Positions 41,859 to 50,769 of a DNA stretch of 64,000 nucleotides are shown here, in pieces. The DNA is from a virus. Under the pieces are notes generated by a model. It had not been told where the DNA came from and did not search any database. It worked only from the letters and a program-made list of their open reading frames with translations. Where the stretch lies: the IMG/VR virus record IMGVR_UViG_3300045988_077266, positions 17,375 through 81,374 of that record; one strand, 5' to 3'. Position 1 is the first letter of the stretch. The number at the start of each line of letters is the position of its first letter. Position numbers and translations under genes: made by a program.

Positions 41859-43385
41859 ATGCTATACAATTCTAACATGGCCTCGCTCTTGCTTGGCTGC
41901 CTAATGAACAACACCCAACTTCTATTCAATCCGTCTTATCCCCTAACCAAAACCGACTTTGACCCCGAGCCAGTACATCGTATTATCTTTATCGCCACTT
42001 GTAAATTGGCTGAAGCTGGGGCTGGTAATGTCAGTGAGGTTGAGATTGATAATTATGTCAAGGACTACCCGGCTCAATACGAAACACTAAACGATAGCAA
42101 CTTTCTTGACTTTGTGCCTACTGTAAAAGAGCTATGTTCGCCTGAGAGCTTTGAGCTATATTATACCACCTTGCGTAAGTTCAGCCTATTACGTGAATTA
42201 AAGTCCGATGGGTATAACATTGCTGATTACTATGATGAAATGCTCGATGAAACAGAGCAAATGGCCAAGTTAAACAAGTGGACTATTGGCGAGATTCTTA
42301 CTGACATTGAGTTTAAGTCGGCAAAGTTGAGAACCAAGTACGATGTTAAGTATGTACGGAATGAAATCAAGGCTGGCGAAAATGTAGCTGAACGGCTTGA
42401 GGCGTTTAAAGAACAACCGTCATTTGGTGCTTTGTTTCAATCAGGCTATCTAAGCACAATTTGGAATGGATGGTGTAGAGGTCACTTAGGTCTAAGAGGT
42501 GGTGGGTCTGGTACGGGCAAAAGCCGTCTTGGTGTAGCTGATTTGGCCAGAGTTGGAGCAAAAGAACTGTGGTTAGATGAGATTGGTGATTTTGTTGTTA
42601 ATGATAATTACCAATCACCTACTCTATTCATTGCCACAGAGCAAGACATTGAAACAGAGGTTGAGCCGATGTTCTGGTCGGCTGTGAGCGGGGTTGAGTA
42701 CAGGTCAATTAAGAATGGCCTATGTACACCTGACGAAGAAGCCCGTATTGTTAAGGCTGGTGAGATTATCGCCCAATCCAATCTCCATATCACGTCTATG
42801 CCCAACTTTAACACCAAAGCCTTAAAACGCAAGATTAAAGAGATGGTTGAGTGTGAGGGTATTGGGTATTGTGTGTTTGACTATATGGAACAGCAGGGCG
42901 ATATTAGTCAAGAATACCGTGAAGTTGTGGGTAACGCCGGTAGACAAGACCAAGTGTTGCTATATCTGGCCACTGAGTTAAAGACAATGGCTGAAGATAT
43001 GAATGTAGGTATCTTAACAAGCCAACAGCTAAACGATACATGGAAAACCCTTAGCTTTGTTGATGAAACGGCCTTGGCTGGTGGCAAATCGACTAAGAAT
43101 AAAATTGACTTTGGCTCTATTATCATCCCAACATCTTACCTACGCAAAGACATGAAACAGATTGAGCCTTATCTAAAGCGTAATGGGGTAGGCGATAACC
43201 GTCAACCTGTGCCTAATATCTGTGAGTTTATCATCAAGTCACGTTATGGTATTTATGGCGATAAACGCCTAAAGCTATGGTCATACTTTGACCGTGGTAC
43301 ATTCCAACGCCATGATTATTTTGTAACAGACGACGAGAATAACGTAATGGCCGACATTAGACCAACTGAATTGGAGGATTTTTAA
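41859..43385 (+). CDS. dnaB: DnaB-type replicative helicase
   Basis: 508 aa. It has a DnaB-like N-terminal domain (LLGCLMNN...) and Walker A GGGSGTGKSRLG in a RecA-like C-terminal domain. Confidence 0.65.
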   Translation: MLYNSNMASLLLGCLMNNTQLLFNPSYPLTKTDFDPEPVHRIIFIATCKLAEAGAGNVSEVEIDNYVKDYPAQYETLNDSNFLDFVPTVKELCSPESFELYYTTLRKFSLLRELKSDGYNIADYYDEMLDETEQMAKLNKWTIGEILTDIEFKSAKLRTKYDVKYVRNEIKAGENVAERLEAFKEQPSFGALFQSGYLSTIWNGWCRGHLGLRGGGSGTGKSRLGVADLARVGAKELWLDEIGDFVVNDNYQSPTLFIATEQDIETEVEPMFWSAVSGVEYRSIKNGLCTPDEEARIVKAGEIIAQSNLHITSMPNFNTKALKRKIKEMVECEGIGYCVFDYMEQQGDISQEYREVVGNAGRQDQVLLYLATELKTMAEDMNVGILTSQQLNDTWKTLSFVDETALAGGKSTKNKIDFGSIIIPTSYLRKDMKQIEPYLKRNGVGDNRQPVPNICEFIIKSRYGIYGDKRLKLWSYFDRGTFQRHDYFVTDDENNVMADIRPTELEDF

Positions 43386-43642
43386 TGAAAGAAAAGAAAG
43401 AAAAAGAACATGACCTAACCCACCTATATGCTACACTTGGGGCAGTTGCCTTTTTCGTGGCTGGTGTTCCTATCCTTGACGCTATTGGAGGGTGGATAAG
43501 TAATGTGTTTGGTTTAAAGTCGGTTAAGCTGAATTATGAAGCCGCTAAGTACGCAACCGAGGAGCATCAAGAAACCCACACTCAGGCCGTTGGGTTCTAT
43601 ACCGATGATGATTGTGAAGATGGGTGTTGTGAAGATGAATGA
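43385..43642 (+). CDS. small membrane protein with acidic Cys-rich tail
   Basis: 85 aa with one transmembrane helix and the tail DDDCEDGCCEDE. Confidence 0.45.
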   Translation: MKEKKEKEHDLTHLYATLGAVAFFVAGVPILDAIGGWISNVFGLKSVKLNYEAAKYATEEHQETHTQAVGFYTDDDCEDGCCEDE

Positions 43643-43838
43643 AAGAATTAAGTATTTGAAAGAAAGCCCTTGCTATCAGTGTGGTGTGGCACAACAATGC
43701 TTGGCCAAGATTACCAGATGTCCAAGGCTGCAAGAAATCAGTGATTATGTAATGCCAAGGGCAGATTATGATTACCATGATTGTATGCTATATAAGGTGT
43801 TGATGATGGAGGTAGAAAATGGGAAGCGGCACAGCTAA
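43635..43838 (+). CDS. small Cys-containing hypothetical protein
   Basis: Start trimmed to MNERIKYLKESPCYQCG... 67 aa. Confidence 0.45.
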   Translation: MNERIKYLKESPCYQCGVAQQCLAKITRCPRLQEISDYVMPRADYDYHDCMLYKVLMMEVENGKRHS

Positions 43839-45207
43839 ACCTTATGTTAAGTTCTCATCTAATGCCTCTGTTGCGGTAGCTGGGTCATCTCATCTTGTAC
43901 GATTTCAGCAGTATGGAATTCTGTTAGATTGTGGTCTTTCTCAAGGCCATGATGTAGCCACAGACTATCAGAATAACAAAGACTTCCTCAAGTCTGTGCG
44001 TGTGAAAGAAATCCAGTGGGTCATTCTCAGTCACCCCCATGCAGACCACAGTGCCCTTGTTCCAGCTTTATTCGCCAAAGGTTCTCAAGCCCATGTTTTT
44101 GTGCCATTAGGGTCTAAGCCAATTTTGAGACTGTTGTGGGAGGACAGCCTAAAAATCCATCAATCTGACTGTATCAAGCTAAATAATAAGCATGGTAAGG
44201 GGTACAGCCCATTTTATACCGCCGATGATATTGAAACAGCATTGGGTAGATGTATTGAGGTCGATTACCACCAAAAGACTAATCTAACAAAGAACATTTG
44301 GTTTGAATACTACCCTGCTGGCCATATCTTGTACTCTGCTCAAGTATATTTGTCTATGACACAAGGATATAAAGAGTATAGAGTAGGATTCAGTGGTGAT
44401 GTGGGTGGCCAAACTGAGCGGCCTTATACAATCCCTTATGAGCCTTTGCCCTTTGTAGATATGCTTATCCATGAGTGTACCTATTGTCAGCCTACCAGAC
44501 CTAATAGTGTGAAAGATAGGCCAAAGGACATTGAGAAGATTGAGACCGTGGTTAATGATAGTCATAGAATCCTGTTTCCTTGTTTTTCTCTACAGCGGAC
44601 CCAAGAGCTATTGACAGTGTTATATGAGATGTGGGAGGATAGGTTGTTACCTGACATCCCCGTTTATCTTGATAGCCCTTTGGCCATTAAGATTAGCAAC
44701 ATCTGGCCTGAGACCGAACAATGGCTAAAAGTAATGAAATGGCCGAGGCTCAAGTTTATTACTGAGACAATGGATAGTAAAGCGTTGCAGATGTCTAATG
44801 AACATTGTATCATTATCGCTGCGTCAGGTTTTTTGTCCGGGGGGAGGATTTTAAGCCACCTAACAACGGCTTTACCTAATCCTAATAATACCCTTATGTT
44901 CATTGGTTACAGTGGTGAGAATAACCTTGCATATAAGATTAAGTCTGGTGAGCCATTTGTAGAGGTTAATGGTGTGGTGCTTGAAAATAAGGCTAAGATT
45001 GTTGAGTTGCGTTCTTGGTCAAGCCATGCAAGTTATGAAGAACTAATGGATTATTTCACTACATTGAGATATAACAAGGTGTGTCTCGTACATGGTGACA
45101 TGGATGGCAAAGTATCTTTCGCTAAAACTCTCAAAGAAAAATTAGTGGAACAAGGCAAATCAAGCCGTGTTGTAGCTGTAAATCAAGACTCAAAACTGTA
45201 TATTTAA
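43819..45207 (+). CDS. metallo-beta-lactamase fold beta-CASP nuclease
   Basis: HPHADHS (HxHxDH) motif, downstream D and H motifs, and a length typical of the RNase J/CPSF/SNM1-like family. Confidence 0.65.
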   Translation: MGSGTAKPYVKFSSNASVAVAGSSHLVRFQQYGILLDCGLSQGHDVATDYQNNKDFLKSVRVKEIQWVILSHPHADHSALVPALFAKGSQAHVFVPLGSKPILRLLWEDSLKIHQSDCIKLNNKHGKGYSPFYTADDIETALGRCIEVDYHQKTNLTKNIWFEYYPAGHILYSAQVYLSMTQGYKEYRVGFSGDVGGQTERPYTIPYEPLPFVDMLIHECTYCQPTRPNSVKDRPKDIEKIETVVNDSHRILFPCFSLQRTQELLTVLYEMWEDRLLPDIPVYLDSPLAIKISNIWPETEQWLKVMKWPRLKFITETMDSKALQMSNEHCIIIAASGFLSGGRILSHLTTALPNPNNTLMFIGYSGENNLAYKIKSGEPFVEVNGVVLENKAKIVELRSWSSHASYEELMDYFTTLRYNKVCLVHGDMDGKVSFAKTLKEKLVEQGKSSRVVAVNQDSKLYI

Positions 45208-45210
45208 CTC

Positions 45211-45239
45211 TTGACAAGCCGCCTCCTTTATGATATAAT
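45211..45239 (+). promoter_or_regulatory. sigma70-type promoter
   Basis: TTGACA agccgcctcctttatga TATAAT with a 17-bp spacer. Confidence 0.6.
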
Positions 45240-45270
45240 TCAAGTATCTTAAAAAAGGAGGCGGTTTATT

Positions 45271-45552
45271 ATGGCAAAATTCCATGTCGGTCAAATGGTT
45301 AAATATGTGGGACGAGAAGGATATTGGAGTCCACTTGTGGGAACTGTTGGCCAAATACTTAAAATTAACTATTGGGGGACTAACTTTCTTGTGGAGTTTC
45401 CTAAAGGTTCTATTGTCTCTCTTAATAGCTTTCCTGATAACACTTGTTTTTGGTATGAAGAAGATGAACTTGAGCCGATAAATGACCAAAACACAACAAA
45501 AAAGATTAAAGTTCGTTGTGCTAAACATGAATGGGGGTGGACTAAAGTATGA
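45271..45552 (+). CDS. hypothetical protein
   Basis: 93 aa with an AAGGAGG RBS. Confidence 0.55.
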   Translation: MAKFHVGQMVKYVGREGYWSPLVGTVGQILKINYWGTNFLVEFPKGSIVSLNSFPDNTCFWYEEDELEPINDQNTTKKIKVRCAKHEWGWTKV

Positions 45553-45800
45553 TGTTTAACATAAACAGTCTATTCGATACAACAGATTATCTTGTGGAAA
45601 TTTATGAGGGCAACGCCCTTGTCCAGCGTCAGCGAATGTCTATGCCAGAGCAGATGGCTCAAGGCCAGTTTATGCAGTTGTGTCAACAACTTAAAGAGAC
45701 AGGTCGCCCAATGAGAGTTAAGATGATTAAGTATCAAGAGATTGAAGGCCGTGCCACGCCTCTTGAGTGTTCAATAGAATATCAGACATGGAGGGATTGA
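45549..45800 (+). CDS. hypothetical protein
   Basis: 83 aa, with start and stop coupled as ATGA. Confidence 0.5.
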   Translation: MMFNINSLFDTTDYLVEIYEGNALVQRQRMSMPEQMAQGQFMQLCQQLKETGRPMRVKMIKYQEIEGRATPLECSIEYQTWRD

Positions 45801-45801
45801 T

Positions 45802-45996
45802 ATGGGAGAGATTATTGCTTTCTTAGTGTATGTGCTTTTAGGTATTTATTTGGCTAATATTGTGATTGGCAATAGCGGTCATAAGATGGATGAGTTTGAG
45901 GAGCTTGTTGCAATCATTGTATTGGCTGTATTTTGGCCGGTGGCTTTAATTGCTATAGGCTTTATCATCTTAGATAACTGGTTGAATAGGAGATAA
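45802..45996 (+). CDS. small membrane protein
   Basis: 64 aa with two hydrophobic helices and a GGAGGG RBS. Confidence 0.5.
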   Translation: MGEIIAFLVYVLLGIYLANIVIGNSGHKMDEFEELVAIIVLAVFWPVALIAIGFIILDNWLNRR

Positions 45997-45998
45997 GT

Positions 45999-46226
45999 AT
46001 GGATAATCTGATTAAGGCTATGCGTTGCTGTACACAAGATTGTGACAGGCCGTGTTTCGCTTGTGAATATAACCAACCTGAGTATGCACCTTGTGAAGCA
46101 TCTACTCTTATGCCACTTGCTATTCAAAAGATTGTTGACCTACAAAAGTCTAACCGCAACTGGCGTAGAAAAGCCCAACGTTTACGGAAAGAAATTAAAG
46201 AATTGAAGGAGAAAGAAAATGTTTGA
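45999..46226 (+). CDS. small Cys-rich protein with basic coiled-coil tail
   Basis: 75 aa with CCTQDCDRPCFAC and a TAGGAG RBS. Confidence 0.5.
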   Translation: MDNLIKAMRCCTQDCDRPCFACEYNQPEYAPCEASTLMPLAIQKIVDLQKSNRNWRRKAQRLRKEIKELKEKENV

Positions 46227-46392
46227 GATTGTGTTGACTGGATTACTGTTGATTTTGGCCCTTGTTAATCTGTGGACGGCTAAGACTGCTTATAAAGACA
46301 AGCGATATAGCTCTTCTTGTGTAGGTTGTTTTGTGAGTGGAATTTGTTTTTCAGGGGTTGTGTTTGATGTGTTGCATTTGATTGGAGGGTAA
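46219..46392 (+). CDS. small membrane protein
   Basis: 57-codon ORF (MFEIVLTGLLLILALVNLW...) with an AAGGAG RBS, below the ORF-track cutoff. Confidence 0.4.
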   Translation: MFEIVLTGLLLILALVNLWTAKTAYKDKRYSSSCVGCFVSGICFSGVVFDVLHLIGG

Positions 46393-46393
46393 T

Positions 46394-47455
46394 ATGGTAT
46401 ATCTTGACTATGCCGCAACCTACCCTTATGTTAAGTACCCAAGTTCAGCTTATGGGCCTTTCCTTAATCCAAACACCAACTATGCTTACAAGGAAAAACG
46501 CCTACTAGCTGAAGCAGAGAACAGAGTAAAAAAGGCTATTGGGGCTAAAAGCGGCAAGGTTGTTTTTGGTGGCACGAGTAGTCAGTTGATTGAGAATTTG
46601 ATGAATGTCATTCTATCGTCCGAATATAGTTGTGATGTTTTTTGTTCTAAGTACGAGCATGATAGCTTTTTTAGATATAGAGATGATAGTTTTTACGACA
46701 AAGACGAACTTGAATTGCTTTTGAGTCAAGCAGATAATTATACTATCCCTATCGTGTTATGGCAAGCCGTACAAAACATCACAGGCGAAATTTTTCCAAC
46801 TAAACAAATTGGTGGACTTGTTCATAAATATAATGGCTTTTATATTTGTGACGGTACAGCACAGATTGGGCATACGCCTATTGAACCCAATATTGATGAC
46901 TGGTGTGATTTTTTAATTCTTGACGGGCACAAAGCCGGGACAGAATTAGGTATTGGTTGTTGTTGGATTAGCAACCGCTTAGACAAATGGCTTAATGGTT
47001 TTAAGTTGCATGGTACACCCAATCTTGCTGGTGCATTGGCTTTGACTCAAGCGGTTGAGGATGCTTGCGATAAAGAAAATTTAACTAAACAAGAGCATGA
47101 ATGGTTTGATTTACGACTTTACTTGGAACAATTATTTTTTGAGCAAGATATTGAGTTTGAGTATGCAGGTGAATTAATAGTTCCAAAACTTACTAATGCA
47201 ATTCACGCCATTCGCCTACCGGGATTTAATGCGGATGCTCTACAACAATATCTCGCTTCCAAACAAATCTATGTATCTATTGGCGGCTCTGCTTGTACCG
47301 AAAAGCATGATTATCGAGTGTTAAATGCCTATGGTTTGAGTAACGATGAAGCCAGTGAGGTTATTAGAGTTAGTTTTGGCGAGGATAGTAGTGTTGAGGA
47401 TATAGAAGCGTTGGTTGATGGCATTAAGAATTTTAAGGAGTTATATCTAAAATGA
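46394..47455 (+). CDS. class V aminotransferase-fold cysteine desulfurase (IscS/NifS/DndA-like)
   Basis: Start trimmed to MVYLDYAATYP... (compare IscS iYLDysATTP). It has the PLP-lysine block ILDGHKAG and the active-site Cys loop GGSACTEKHDYRVLNAYG...IRVSFG. Confidence 0.7.
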   Translation: MVYLDYAATYPYVKYPSSAYGPFLNPNTNYAYKEKRLLAEAENRVKKAIGAKSGKVVFGGTSSQLIENLMNVILSSEYSCDVFCSKYEHDSFFRYRDDSFYDKDELELLLSQADNYTIPIVLWQAVQNITGEIFPTKQIGGLVHKYNGFYICDGTAQIGHTPIEPNIDDWCDFLILDGHKAGTELGIGCCWISNRLDKWLNGFKLHGTPNLAGALALTQAVEDACDKENLTKQEHEWFDLRLYLEQLFFEQDIEFEYAGELIVPKLTNAIHAIRLPGFNADALQQYLASKQIYVSIGGSACTEKHDYRVLNAYGLSNDEASEVIRVSFGEDSSVEDIEALVDGIKNFKELYLK

Positions 47456-48423
47456 GCCATACAAAATCAGGAGGAGTGGATAGCACAGTTTTAAGTTGGC
47501 TTGTCCATCGTGTTTATCCTGATGTTATTGATGTATACTGTGATACTGGATTAGAGTACCCTGAGCTAAGAGAGTTTGTGTTAAGTCAGCCTAACGTTAA
47601 AAAATTAACCCCTGCTGAATATGACAGACATGAACACAAGTATAAGCACATTACATTCTCTGAAATCATCAAAAGGTATGGTTATCCTTTAATCGGTAAA
47701 GAGCAAGCAGCATTTATCCAAGAATACAAAACCACAAAAAGTGAGAAACTTAGAAACATTCGCCTTAACGGTAATAAATATGGCCGAGGTAAAATTTCTA
47801 AGCGTTGGTTAAAATTTATTAAGCCTACTTGTGATATTTGCGTAGGAGACAAATGTTGCGATATTATGAAGAAAAACCCGGCCAAGCGCTTTGAACATGA
47901 GTCTGGTCTACACCCATATATCGGAACCATGACTGAAGAAAGTGCACAGCGTCAATCTAATTGGTTAAAGTTTGGATGTAATTCTTTTGACAAAGACCGC
48001 CCCACAAGCAACCCTATATCTTTTTGGTCGAAGTCAGACGTATTGCATTGTTTAGCCAAATACAACATCCCCTATGTCAAAGAGATTTATGGTGATATTA
48101 TATGTGAAAACGGTGTATACACAACCACTAAGCAGAAACGTACCGGATGTATTTTCTGTGGGTTCGGTTGCCACCTTGAAAAAGAACCTAACAAATTTCA
48201 AACATTGGCCGTTCTTGAACCCAAGTTATATGATTACTGTATGCGTGGGGGGAAATACGATGAATCTGGTAAATGGGTTCCTAACAAGGGACTTGGGATG
48301 GCCAAAGTTCTCGATTTTATCAACGTAAAATGGTGGAATGATGGCGACGAAGCCAAGCGAGATGAATATAGAGCCAAATACAAAGAGAAAGAGCAAGAAT
48401 ATTCTGCAATGACTGATAAGTGA
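47452..48423 (+). CDS. PP-loop ATP pyrophosphatase of the PAPS-reductase/DndC/SspD-like family with Cys clusters
   Basis: SGGVDST P-loop only 5 residues from the start. It has CDICVGDKCCDIMKKNP and a C-terminal CIFCGFGC. It overlaps the desulfurase stop as ATGA. Confidence 0.6.
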   Translation: MSHTKSGGVDSTVLSWLVHRVYPDVIDVYCDTGLEYPELREFVLSQPNVKKLTPAEYDRHEHKYKHITFSEIIKRYGYPLIGKEQAAFIQEYKTTKSEKLRNIRLNGNKYGRGKISKRWLKFIKPTCDICVGDKCCDIMKKNPAKRFEHESGLHPYIGTMTEESAQRQSNWLKFGCNSFDKDRPTSNPISFWSKSDVLHCLAKYNIPYVKEIYGDIICENGVYTTTKQKRTGCIFCGFGCHLEKEPNKFQTLAVLEPKLYDYCMRGGKYDESGKWVPNKGLGMAKVLDFINVKWWNDGDEAKRDEYRAKYKEKEQEYSAMTDK

Positions 48424-48433
48424 GGTTAAAGTA

Positions 48434-49522
48434 ATGGGTAAGGTTGATGTTAAAAAACTCAAGAAGGCATTGACCTTATCGCATTATGATACCATCCTTC
48501 GTGAGCTTGGTATCCCTATCTTTAGTAAAAGCAATACTGAGTGGCGTTGTTATAGCGGAGATAGACATAAGAATCCATTTGATGGTAGCCCAAGCCTCAT
48601 CTTTTACCCTGATACAAAGATATTCCAAGGATATTCAGCAGGAAGAGCTTATGATGCAATTGCATTAGTCCAAACTCGCCTAAATCTGCTTGGCCAAACT
48701 TGTTCATTCATTGATGCTTGTAACTGGATTCTTGAGAAAACTGGCCTTGACCCAACTAAGATAACTAAGCCCCTCACAAACAACCATGTTTATGACTGGT
48801 CTGAGCTTGAGCGATTTATTAGGGTGAGAAAGTATGGTAATCAGCTACCTGAATACAACCGCAACATCATCAACACTTTACCCCCACTATACCCCCAAGC
48901 ATGGATAAATGAAGGTATAAGCGAAGAAACAATGGCCAAATATCAGATACGATATTATGAGCGTTGTAACCAGACTGTGATACCATGCTTTGATGACGAG
49001 GCAAGGTTAATTGGGGTTAGAGTAAGAAATTGGGATAAGGATAGAGTTGAACAGGCCAAGTATATGCCATTGATTACATTGGATGGACAATGTTATAAGT
49101 TTAATACTAATCAGGTGTTTTATGGGATTAACTATAACAAGCCTGAAATAGAGAGAACTGGTAAGGTCATTATCGTAGAATCCGAAAAAGCGGTAATGAA
49201 ATTAGATACTTATATGGGCAGACATAATATAGCTCTCGGTATGTATGGTAGTAATCTTGGTATTCAACGGCGTAATCAGTTAATCAAAATGGGCGTTAAT
49301 ACAGTTTCTTATGTTGTTGATAATGATTTTATAGGTCAAGACGATGAATTTTTTGAACAATGGCGAAAAAAGATACAACACTTTATCAAATTATGGGACG
49401 GGTTTTGCCGGATAGAAATAGTGTGGGATAATTTAGGTTTGCTTGGGCCAAAGGAAAACGCAACAGACAGAACTAAAGAAGTTTGGGAACAACTTTGGGA
49501 AAATAGAGAAATAATTGAATAA
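48434..49522 (+). CDS. dnaG: DNA primase (TOPRIM, DnaG-like)
   Basis: TOPRIM pattern VIIVESEKAVMKL ... YVVDNDFIGQDD. The N-terminal region has only a degenerate zinc-finger position. Confidence 0.6.
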   Translation: MGKVDVKKLKKALTLSHYDTILRELGIPIFSKSNTEWRCYSGDRHKNPFDGSPSLIFYPDTKIFQGYSAGRAYDAIALVQTRLNLLGQTCSFIDACNWILEKTGLDPTKITKPLTNNHVYDWSELERFIRVRKYGNQLPEYNRNIINTLPPLYPQAWINEGISEETMAKYQIRYYERCNQTVIPCFDDEARLIGVRVRNWDKDRVEQAKYMPLITLDGQCYKFNTNQVFYGINYNKPEIERTGKVIIVESEKAVMKLDTYMGRHNIALGMYGSNLGIQRRNQLIKMGVNTVSYVVDNDFIGQDDEFFEQWRKKIQHFIKLWDGFCRIEIVWDNLGLLGPKENATDRTKEVWEQLWENREIIE

Positions 49523-49528
49523 AAACGC

Positions 49529-49557
49529 TTGACAAATAAGTGAATATGTGATATAAT
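49529..49557 (+). promoter_or_regulatory. sigma70-type promoter of the HNH-like cassette
   Basis: TTGACA aataagtgaatatgtga TATAAT with a 17-bp spacer and a TG-extended -10. Confidence 0.65.
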
Positions 49558-49653
49558 TAAAGTATATGGGGAGCATAGGAGTAATTAACTTATGAGTAAT
49601 GATGCCTTTATCATCAAGCCATATACTATATAATATTATAAAGGAGTATTATA

Positions 49654-50313
49654 ATGGGTAGAGAAAAAGACTTAGTTGGACAAAGATTTGGTCGTTTAGT
49701 AGTAATAAAGAAAACTGGTCGCTATGTATCTCCGCATGGCAAGACGGCTACTACTTGGTTGTGTCAATGTGATTGTGGGAATACAAAAGAGGTTATTACC
49801 AGCGAATTGACCACTGGGCATGTAAAAAGTTGTGGCTGTTATCAAATTGAGGCACGATTTACCCACAAATTAACCAACCATAAATTGTATTGGGTTTACC
49901 AAGGTATGAAAGACCGATGTTATAGACCCAATAATAAACATTATAGTGATTATGGTGGACGTGGAATCACGGTTTGCGATGAATGGATTGAAGATTTTGT
50001 GAATTTCTATAATTGGGCTGTCAATAATGGCTATCAGGAAGGATTGACTATTGATAGAATTGATGTTGATGGCAATTATGAGCCTTCTAATTGCAGATGG
50101 GTAACTACGAAAGAACAACAATTTAATAAGCGTAATAATAAAAGATTTTTTCACGACGGTAAAAATTTGACATTACCAGAATGGAGTGCAATTCTTCATA
50201 TTAGTCTTGATACATTGGTTTCAAGAATATATACTCGTGGCTGGGACGCTGAAAGAGCACTGACAGAACCAGTGCATACACAAAGCCGGAATAAAAAAGC
50301 CAAATATGTGTAA
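49654..50313 (+). CDS. free-standing HNH-like homing endonuclease-type protein
   Basis: It shares the N-terminal G(N/Q)R(Y/F)GRL(T/V)VI...C(D/Q)CGN...CGCY module with 38230..38976. The central part is LTIDRIDVDGNYEPSNCRWVTTKEQQFN. Confidence 0.55.
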   Translation: MGREKDLVGQRFGRLVVIKKTGRYVSPHGKTATTWLCQCDCGNTKEVITSELTTGHVKSCGCYQIEARFTHKLTNHKLYWVYQGMKDRCYRPNNKHYSDYGGRGITVCDEWIEDFVNFYNWAVNNGYQEGLTIDRIDVDGNYEPSNCRWVTTKEQQFNKRNNKRFFHDGKNLTLPEWSAILHISLDTLVSRIYTRGWDAERALTEPVHTQSRNKKAKYV

Positions 50314-50377
50314 TGCAACTGACAGAGATAAAGAAACATGGGATAAACTATGGGAGAGTAGAGAGAGGTATTTATGA
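50312..50377 (+). pseudogene. relic duplicate of the primase 3' end
   Basis: It translates to NATDRDKETWDKLWESRERYL*, versus the primase C-terminus NATDRTKEVWEQLWENREIIE*. By hand alignment 46 of 66 nt are identical, 41 of the first 54. Its stop overlaps the next gene's ATG. Confidence 0.65.
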
Positions 50378-50688
50378 AAATGTTTTTGTTAGGCTTTTTG
50401 GCCTGTTATATTATTGCTTCTTTATTTTATTTTCTTGATGACGAAGCAAATACCAACCTAATGGCAGTTTTTGTTACGCCTTGGGTTGCTGTTTGTTTTG
50501 TTATTTCATTTATTCCTTATAGTATTTGGCGATTTGTGCGATGTTGTTTTAAGCCCGTTAGGCCAGATGTTATGAATTACCTAAAAGATACTTATGTTAA
50601 ACGTCTATTTGGTAATATTTATTTTTGCTATGATAAAAAAGCTAAGAATTGGCTGAATAAAATGCTTTTGTTTAGATATAAAAATTAA
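50374..50688 (+). CDS. membrane protein
   Basis: 104 aa with two hydrophobic helices and a GAGAGAGG RBS. Confidence 0.5.
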   Translation: MKMFLLGFLACYIIASLFYFLDDEANTNLMAVFVTPWVAVCFVISFIPYSIWRFVRCCFKPVRPDVMNYLKDTYVKRLFGNIYFCYDKKAKNWLNKMLLFRYKN

Positions 50689-50697
50689 AAATAATAC

Positions 50698-50726
50698 TTG
50701 ACAAAAGCCTTTTGGTGTGGTATTAT
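50698..50726 (+). promoter_or_regulatory. sigma70-type promoter
   Basis: TTGACA aaagccttttggtgtgg TATTAT. The annotated ORF start TTG 50698 is the -35 hexamer itself. Confidence 0.6.
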
Positions 50727-50769
50727 CATTACATCAAAAGGCTTTGCCTATTATGAGGAGGAATATTTA

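Noticed and set aside
50698-50769. TTG 50698 as the start of the RecJ-like gene.
   Set aside because: That TTG is the -35 hexamer of a consensus promoter, so translation must start downstream of the transcription start. TTG 50770 follows a GAGGAGG RBS.
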